Source of the DNA: Elusimicrobiota bacterium
GTDB lineage: Bacteria > Elusimicrobiota > Elusimicrobia > UBA1565
Reading direction: 5' to 3'
Length of the DNA: 10,286 nt
Assembly: GCA_043819795.1 (NCBI GenBank)
Contig: JBDREN010000229.1
Coordinates: 1 to 10,286, forward strand
In this document: positions 1 through 9,100 of the stretch, piece by piece
Numbering within the stretch: the first letter of the stretch is position 1
Layout of the letters: each line of letters starts with the position of its first letter
Notes under the pieces: model-generated
Databases searched by the model: none
Told to the model about the DNA's origin: nothing
Seen by the model: the letters and a program-made list of their open reading frames with translations, nothing else
Program-made: the position numbers and the translations under genes

Positions 1-144
1 CGCCAGCGACGCCACGGCGCCCGCGCCCGCGTTCAGCAGATGATAGGCCGTCGCCCCGGGCGAGGCGTCCCACATCCACCGGACCTGGGTCGTGGACAGG
101 GCGCTGCCCGCGAATCCGAGCACCTCGCCCGGAGCCTGCGGGCC
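1..144 (-). other. Start of a fibronectin type III domain (truncated by window edge)
   Basis: PQAPGEVLGFAGSALSTTQVRWMWDASPGATAYHL fits the FN3 N-terminal pattern P..P......(S/T)...W.W.......Y.L. Confidence 0.7.
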
Positions 145-3100
145 CTTGATCTGGACATCGATGTTCACGCCGCCGCCCTGCGGCACGCTCCTCAGCTGCT
201 GGGTCTGGCCGAAGAACTCTCCCGGATCGTGCGTCTTGTTGAGATTCGAGTCCACGAAGGCGAAGATGGAGTAGTCGGTCGCCGGGCGCAGCAGGTCGAC
301 CTGGTAGTCGATCATGGAGCCCGCGGCCACAGGCCCCGGCCTCACGAAGCTGCGGTTGTCGATCGTGTAGCCGGGGGAGCCGGGCAGGCCGTGCGCCGCC
401 TGCACCACGATCCGGGGATCGCCGGCGACCGCCACCTGGAAGTACAGCCTGCCGTTGACCGCCCCGCGGTCGGTCATCGTGATGTTCTTGCCCGTGAGCG
501 AGTCCCCCGGGTTCACGACGACGGCGGTCAGCACCTGCGAGGACCCGTAGATCGAGAGCGCCTCGGGGGCGACCGACGCGAGGGCGCCGAAGGGCTCGGG
601 GCCTTCCGGCCGACCGTCGTAGTTGCCGTCGCGGAAGGCCAGTATATAGTAGGTGGCCGGGGCCTTCAGGCCGCTGAGCGTGTACGGGCCGCTCGCGGAC
701 TGGATGAGCTCTCCGGCGAACTCCACGTGCCCCTCGAGGTCCGTCACCGTCGTCACCAGGACGTAGTAGTCGCCGAAATTCTGATAGCCCTGATAGGATA
801 TCGCGCCCGCGATCGAAGCCGCGCCCAAGGAGAGCTCGAAGTCCACGCCCGTGGCCGTGGAGCCCGACACGACGTTGACTCCCGTGGCGCCCCCGCGCTG
901 GGACGGGCTGCTCTGCACATAGGCGTCCACGTCGTACATGCCGGGCCTCAGGCCGCCCAACGTGTAGTTGTAGAGCGTCGTCCCGGGAATTAGGGTGAGG
1001 GTGGCCGTGCTCGCGATGAAGGGCTGGCAGGTCGGACAGTAGACCTCGCTGGCCCGGACGAACAGGTCGCCCGTCTGGGCGCCCAGATAGGTGATCGTCC
1101 CCTCGACGGCGCCCGTGGTCGAGCCCGATATCGAGAAGTCCGCGTATACGTGGCCCGTGTTGTTGAAATAATCCCCGCCGAAATCGTTCATCCCCAGGAA
1201 GAGGGTGCCGGGCGTCTCGGCGACCACCGACGTGCCGGTCCCCACGCGGAACCAGCTCCAGCCGCCGCCGATGCGGCCGATGAGCTCGCCCCGCTTGGCG
1301 TCCGGCAGCACCGTGTTCTGGTACTCGGTCCCCGGCAGCCCCCCGGGGCCCACGTCCTGGTATCCGTCCAGGCTCCAGGTCCCGGTGGCCGTGACCGTCA
1401 CGGTGAGCCCGGTCTCGACGAAGAGGCCCGTGTCGATCCCGCCGTCGGCCGGGGCCTGCACGTACATGTCGGCGGGCACCGCGAACAGAACGGCCGCGGA
1501 GCTCGTCTGGATCGGATAGAGGCCCGGCTGATCGGCCATCTCTCCCTGCGACAGGCCGAAGTACGTGCTCGCGGCCAGCTTGAGCGCCGCGACCGGGATC
1601 TTCTGGCCGTAGAGGTCCAGCGTCACGAAGAAGGTCCGCGTCGTCCCCGAGAGAAGCTGCTCGGCGCCCCAGAGATTCAGGGTCCCCGACGATGTGCCGC
1701 CGGAGTACTCCCGGTAGGCGACTTGCATGTCGTTGGCGCCCGCACCGCCCATGGCGTAGGGGTCGAAGAGCTGGTTGAAGTTGTCGTCGCGCCACAGCGC
1801 GATGGAGTAATTATTGGGCGGGACGCTCCCGGAGAAGTCCACGCGCAGGCCGTTGAGCGTGATGTCCGACGCCGCGGCGAAGACGTCGAGCCGGAGCATC
1901 GCGTTGTCGCCGTTGGTGCCGATGAAGCCCTCGTGCGCGGTCTGCGGGGTCACGACCCCGACGCCGCCCGCCACCGCGGAGCCGCCGGTAATCGCGATGT
2001 TCACGGACGTGGTGGTCGAGAGCGCCGTCACCGCGACGCCCGCGGCGGTCCCGCTCGCCTCGAAGTCGTCCGGCTCCCCGTTCCCGTTGACGTCCACGAA
2101 CGCGATCATGTCGTAGGTGGCCGCCCGGGTGTATAGGGAATAGAATCCGCCCGCGTCGGGCGCGTACCCCCGCGCCTCGACGGTCGTGGTGCTGCCGGAG
2201 AGCGCGGCCAGGATCACGATCGGGCCGAACTGGTTGGAGTCGTTGGTCACGTTCCCCTCGACCAAGCCCCAGTCCTCGAGCGTGATGTCCACGCTGCTCG
2301 CGCTGGCGCCCGTGTTCAGGAAGACGGGGTCCGAGCGCAGGGAGCCCGGATTCTGGTAGCCGCCCCGCGGCTCGAACCCGTTGGGCATGTTGTCGTAGCT
2401 CCCGTCGAGATAGGCGAAGAAGTACCACGTGTTGGGGGCCGGAAGGCCGACGACGTTATAAGGGATCCCGCTCGACACCACGATCTCGCAGGCCATGGCT
2501 CCGCCGCCGGTCGTGGGCGCCGGCGGGCACGTCGGCGGGGCGCTGTGGAAAGCGCCCCGCGGGTCCGTGGAGGCGTGCAGGCGGTAGTCGCTCTGCGGGA
2601 CGCCCGCGAAGTACACCGTGCCCGAAACGGAGGCTTGGCCGCCGCCGTCCGGGATCCAGGTCACGACCCGGAACGGGTCCCTCTCGTTGGGCGAGCCGAA
2701 CTTCTCGCCGCTCGCGTTGAGCATGGTGATGGCGGAGCCCGGGGCCACCAGCGCGGCGTCCACGTTCGTGGACACGTCCATGCGGTAGTCGTGGTTCCGG
2801 AACGTCTTGGCGACCGGGGTCGCCGCCTGGAGGATCAAGGACGGCAGCGGGTTCGGGCCGAAGTTCTGGAACGCCACGTAGTCGAAACTGGTGACCGCGG
2901 CGCTCGTGAGCAGGATGGAGACGCCCGCGCTCTCGTCGAACTGCGTGTACCCCATATTGTTCACGTTCACCGTCCCGTCGAGCACCGTGAACGGCACCCG
3001 CTCGGAGCTCACGGGCTCGATGACCACCCAGCCGTACCCCACGCTTCGGAACGTGCCGCCTTGGCTTACGACGACGCCCAGCCTGCCCGCGCGGAGGTGG

Positions 3101-6100
3101 GTGTACTGCGAACCCATATCCAGCGTGCCGCCCGCGACCTGGACCTGTCCCTGGACCTCCAGGGTCGTGTTCTCTCCCATGTCCAGGATGCCGCCCCGGA
3201 TGATGACGTGGCTGGACACGTTCAGCTGGTTGTAGCTGCCCGCCCCGGAGGGGCCGACGATGCGCACCGTCCCCGCATAGGACGTCGTCATCGTGAGCAG
3301 GCCGAGGTCGATCCCGACGATGTCCCACTTGCAGTCCTCGCTGGACACCGCGCCGTCGAAGAGCACCCGGTCGCCCGAGAGCGGCTTCACCCCGCCCTGC
3401 CAGTTATCGGGGGTGCTCGCGTCCTTGTTATAGATGCTGGCGCCCGTCCAGACCCGGGTCACGGTGGAGGACAGGACCTTGAAGTCCACCGAGATGGACC
3501 CGGAGTTATCGGAATAGTCCACGTCGTTCATCGCCAGGACCAGCTGGCCGCTTTGCGTGGACTGGAAGGTGATGCTCGAGCCCACCTGGAACCATGGGCT
3601 GTAGCCCACGCGGGCCGCCAGCGCTCCGATATTGAAGCCCGGGTCGAGGCCGCCGAACTGCCCGCCGAGCCCGCCCGGCCCGCTCGGAGGGTTGCCCCCG
3701 CCGCTTCCCCACGACCCGGCGGCGTTGATCTCCACGTTCTGGCCGACGCCCACGCCGAGCCCCGTGTCGAAGCCGCCCTGGATCGGGATGGAGCCCGGTA
3801 TGGGATAGCCGCCCTGGTCCGGGTTGGCGAAAAGGGAGAACTTGACCAGCGCGATGCCCGACCGGATCGGATAGGTCGCCGGCTGCGGGGCCATCGCGCC
3901 CAAAGACAGCCCGATGTGCGAGGGCTCTTCGACGCCCACGCCTATCTCGTTGCCCGCGGGGATGTTGTTGTAATTCAGCGCGACGAAATAATACTGCGTC
4001 GTCGCGCTCAGGGTCTCGGTGGTGAAATGGATCACTGCCTGCGGCGGGGAGCCGGCGCCGAAGAACGAGCTTCCCATGAACCCGTCCTGCCCCGCCCCGG
4101 GCTCAAGGGCCAGAGTGCCGTTGTCGTCCCGGAACAGACTGGCCTGCACCTGGGCCGAAGGCGCGTCCCCGCCCAGGCTCACGCGCAAGGAGCTCATCTG
4201 CGCGCTGCCGCCGTCGGTGTACATGGCCAGGCCCAGCATGGCCCGGTCATAGACGTCGCCCGGCAGGCTCTGCGGGGCCATGTCCTGTCCCTGCACGAAG
4301 ACCAGGGCGCCGGAGCTGAAGCCGATGTCGATGTTCGCGAAGATCGTCGTCCCGGGCGTCACCGGGCTGAGCGGGCCGGCCACGCCGCCGTCCTCGCCCG
4401 GCTGCTTGCGCATGTCGGCGAAGGCGTCCACGTACGCCTCGACGTAGAGATTGGAGCCGGTCGTGGTGGGCACATAGATCGCGTACTGCGTAGCGCCGTG
4501 CCCCAGCCCGTCGTCCCAGAAGATGTTCTGCGGCTGCGTGTCGCTCGGCGGGCCCAGCCAGGCCTGCACGCGGATCTCGCCGGACTGGAAGCTGCTGTTG
4601 GTGATGGTCCCGGTCACGGCCACCAGGTCGAAGAGCTGGAGGTTCACGCCGGTCGCGGTCGAGTTCGCCGCCACGAACACCGGGGCCGACGGGACCGGAG
4701 CCGTGCTCACGCTGTACCACCCGAAGGGCTCGAACCCGTCGGGGCTCTGGGAGCCGTCGAGGTCCAGCAGCGCCTTGATGAAGTACGTGCTCGGCGCCGG
4801 GAGGTTCGGGATCAGGAAGGTCCCGGAGCTCACGGCAACGAGCTGCGTGCCGGGATCGCTCAGCTCCACCTTCAAGGGATCGGGCGAGACGGCGAGGTAG
4901 TAGGTTCCGGGCCCGGCGGAGCCCGTGTAGCTGAGCTGGCCCGCGATCGCGCCGAAATCCTGCGGACCGACGGCCGCGGCCGAGGAAAGCTGGATGACCT
5001 CGCTGGTGTTGTATTCCGTCCCCCATAGCGCGCCGCTCATGGGATCGAAAGCCAATGAGGCGATGTCCACGCCGCTCTGCACCAGCACCGGGGCCGAGGC
5101 CAGGTTGACGGCGAACGCGGTGCCCCAGTTCTGGTAGCGCCACAGCGACCCGCTCCCGGGCGCGTCTCCGGGATCGGTGTTGGACACGAAGAGGTTCCCG
5201 GCGTTGTCGAATGCGATGGCGAACGGCTTGTCCAGGCCCGTGCGCACCTCTGCCGTCGAGGAATCGATCGTCCCGCCGCCTATGTTGGGATACATCCGGA
5301 TGGCCGACCCGGCCGCCACCCACAGGTTCTTCTCGGTGTCGAAAGCGATCCCGGTCGGCTCGGCGAGATCGGACCCGTAGGCGAAGGGATTGACGCTGAT
5401 ATTGTCGAAGGAAGGCGCGGCCAGGTCGCCGGTGTTGAAGAACTCCACCACGCTCTGCTCCGCGGGCAGGGCCGCTCCCTCGTTGGCCACGAACAGGTTC
5501 CCCGTATTCGTCTTCTGGAAGACGAACGCGTTCGCCTCGTCGAGGTTCCCGGAGAGCACCGCGGAGCTCGTCAGGGAGATCATCCCGCCGCCCTGGTCCT
5601 TGAACTTCGCCAGGAGGTTCGCGGGAGCCCCGCTCGCGGCCGGAGCGCTGGAAACGTTCACCCATAGATTGCCGGCGCTGTCGAAAGCGACGCCCCGCGG
5701 CCCGGGCGTACCGGTGAGCTGCGCGTCCGCCGCCGTGGCCTCGGTGACCGGCGAGGTAGGGCTCACGTACTTCTTGACGCTGTCGAGCCCCTGGTTGGAG
5801 GCCCACAGGTTGCCCATGTAGTCGAAGGCGATGCCCCAAAAGCCGTCGGTCTCAAGGGGAGGGGTGTACCCGTTGTTCGAGCGGCGGAGGAGTCTCGCCT
5901 TGCTGGTCGGGGAGCCCGAGGCGCCCGCCATGTAGGAGTACTGGCCGTGTACGGCCAGGGCCTTGCCCTCGTCGTCCTCGCCGTTCCTGTCGTACTGCGT
6001 CGAGGAAACGAAGCCGAGGTTCTCGTTGTGCTCGTAGAGCTTGTAGTCCCCGAACGGACCGGGATTGGCCTCCCAGATCGAGTAGACGTGGTTGTTGGCC

Positions 6101-9100
6101 GTCCTGAGGTTGTGCGGCTTGCCGGCGATGGCGGCGGTCGTCATCGTGACGTCGTTCTGGAAAGCCAGACCGGAGCTGAACTTCGCCACCTTGGCCTGGC
6201 TCGACGCCTCGATGTAGTAGCTCACGAACACGTCCCCGGCCGAGCCCACGGCCAGCCCGCCCTCTCGGGGCACCTGCCCGGAGATGTCGGTCGAGCCCAA
6301 CTGGTTGAGGTTGAAGTCGTACTTGCGGATGACCCTGCTGCCGCCCGTGATATCGGTGCCCGCGGTCGCGTAGACGAGCTGGTTCTGGGGGTCCGCGGCG
6401 ATCGCGTGGCCGTAGGCGAAGCCGGCGATCGTGGCGGTGCTCAGCAGGCTCATAGTGGTGGTGTCGAACTTGAAGACCTTGGCGTTCCCCGAGCCTCCGC
6501 CGTCGTTGACCGTGAACAGGACGTCATTGACCGCGATCAGGTCCATATAGCCGCCGGTCACGGCCGGGTCCACCTGGACCTGCGCCACGCGCTCGAGGCT
6601 GGACGAGTACTTCCTCAGGGTCCCCGTGGACGCGTAGGTGACCTGGTCCACGAGGTTGCCGCCCACGTACAGGAAGCCGGACAAGTCCACCGTGGGCGAA
6701 TAGTGCCCGGCGGAGTGCACGTCCGAGGTGGAGCTGATGAACACCCCGGCCGAGCTCAGCTTGACGAGAGCCGCCGAGTAATTGGCCATATTCTGCGTGA
6801 GCAGGTAGATCGTCGGCGGGTTCGCCGTGCTCGTGTCCAGGATCACGCCCACGCCCGCGACGCTCTCCCCCGGGCTTGAGGCCTCGACCCCGCTCGCGGC
6901 CGCGAGGTGCCCCGTCACCGTCACGGTGGAGGCGGTCGGAGCCGCCCCGCCCGCGCTCCCCGAGAACCGCATCACTCGGTTGGAGCTCGTGTCCGAGACC
7001 CACAGGTTGCCCTGGCGGTCCAGCGCGATGTCCCGGTAGACCCCGGCGAAGCCGGCGGCCGTGGTCGCGAAATCGAAGGTGGCGAAGTCGGGCTGGCCGA
7101 TGACCACCGACGGGGCGGGGTTCCCCCCCGTGATGGGAGCGTCGAAGCGGAGGATCCGGGTGTGGTCGTAGTTGAGGACCCACAGGTTCCCTGCCGCGTC
7201 GAACTCCAGGCCGGCCGAGCTGGAGAGAAGCCCGGCGGTGCCGGTAACGAAGTCCGTCTGCCCGAGCACGAGGTCCGCCGCCATGCCGTTGGTGAACGGC
7301 GGGCTGAACCGGAGGACGCGGTTGTTCCCGTCGTCGCCGACCCACACGTTCCCGGCCGCGTCCACGGCTATGCCCTCCAGGTCGCTGAACTTGGTGGCCG
7401 TGGTGCCGCCCCCGTTGCTGACGAAGTCGCCCTGGCCGAGGACGACGTCCGCGGCCATGCCGTTGGCGAACGGCGGCGAGAAGCGCAGGATCCTAGTGTT
7501 GTCGTAGTCCGCGACCCACAGGGCCCCGTCCGGCCCGATCGCCAGGTCCGAGGGACCGCCCAGGTCGGTCTGGCTCGGCCCATAGCTCAGGCTCGTAAAG
7601 GTGGGCTCCCCGATCACGAGGTCCGCGGCCTGGTAGTTCGAGAAGGGCGGGCTGAAGCGCAGCACCCTGCCGCGGCCCGTGTCGCCCACCCACAGGTTGC
7701 CCTCGCTGTCAACCGTGGCGCCGAACTGGTTGCAGAAGTCCTTGGCGCTAGTGGAGCCGGGGCAGCCGCTGGAGGCGAAGTCCGCCGCGCCGAGCACCAG
7801 CGAGGCGTTCTCGCCGTTCGCGCTCAGGCTGTCGAACCGGAGCATCCGGCTGTTCCCATAGCCGACCACCCAGACCCGCCCCTCCGGGTCGACCGTGATG
7901 TCGTAAGGGGAGCGAAGCCCGCTCTGGTTGACGGTATTGGTCCCGTCCTTGTTCTTGAGAGCCGCGGTGAAGTTGTCCTGGCCCAGCACCAGGTCCGCGC
8001 TCTGGCCGTTGGTGAAGTTCAGAGCCGGCGGGAAGGCCTGCGCCACGGACAAAGGCGGAGCGGCCGGCATCGCGAACTTCATGGTCCGCATGTCGAACGT
8101 CGAATCGTCGAACGGGTCCGGCGAGGAAGCCCCGGTCACGTAGGCGTAGTTGAAGCTGTCGAGCGCGATCCCCTGCGGATAGTCGCCGCCCGAGCCCGCG
8201 TACCCCTTCGTCGACTGGATGACCAGGTCCTGGTCGTACTGGATGGCCACCCAGTCGTCGCCCGTGGGACTGCCGTCGTAGTAGGCGTCGCCGATGACGT
8301 AGACGTTGTCGAAAACGTCCACCGCCACGTCCGCCCCTTCCTGCCCCGCCGCGTAGGTGGCCGTCGTGATCTGCGCGAGGTTCGTGTCGTACTTGATTGT
8401 CAGGATATCCCTGTTGGATGGGGAGGCCATGCCGTCGGTGCCCACGACGTAGACAAACCCGGAGGCGTGGCCCGCCGCGATGCTCAACCGCTCCATGCCC
8501 TCATGCCTGGAGATAAAGGGCATGCCGTCGGCGTAGGTCGCCGAGGCCAGCATGACGAGAGTCGGATCGTACTTCACGGTCACGAACCGAGTGGCCCCGC
8601 CCTGCAGGCTCTCGCCAGTCACGTAGACGCTGCCGGAGCCGTCCACGGCCACGGACCGCCCGTACTCCTCCGCGCCCCCGTCGAACGTGGCGCTGTTCAC
8701 GAAATTAAGATTCCAGTCGTACTTGACGACCTTGAAATCGTTCGGAGGGGTCCCGCCGCCGCCCGCCACGTACACGCTGCCGGAATCGTCCAACGCGATT
8801 CCCCGGGCGCCGAAGTCACCCATGAGATATGCGGAGGTCGAGAAGCTCAGATCGAGGTTGTACCGGAGCGTCACCCACGCCAGGGGGCTCAACTGCTGCG
8901 CCGTGACGTAGACGCCGTTCGTGTTGAGGGCGATATCGAGCCCGACCCCGTCGCTGAACGTCGTGGACGAGATCAAGGTCCCCGAGGAGTCGTACTTGAC
9001 GACCAATGCCTGCTCCATCCCCGTCTGCGAGGACATCGCGACCGCGTACACGTAGGGCCCGCCCGCGGTGAAGGTGTCCACCGCCACCGCCGTTCCCATG

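Noticed and set aside
1027..1038. CPTC as a cytochrome c haem site or thioredoxin active site
   Set aside because: It is followed by Q rather than H, and it sits in a loop of a beta-sandwich with no thioredoxin-fold context.
6961..8016. Periodic repeats as a CRISPR array or non-coding tandem repeat
   Set aside because: The repeats are degenerate, have periods that are multiples of three (165-192 nt), and are fully explained by protein NHL blades.
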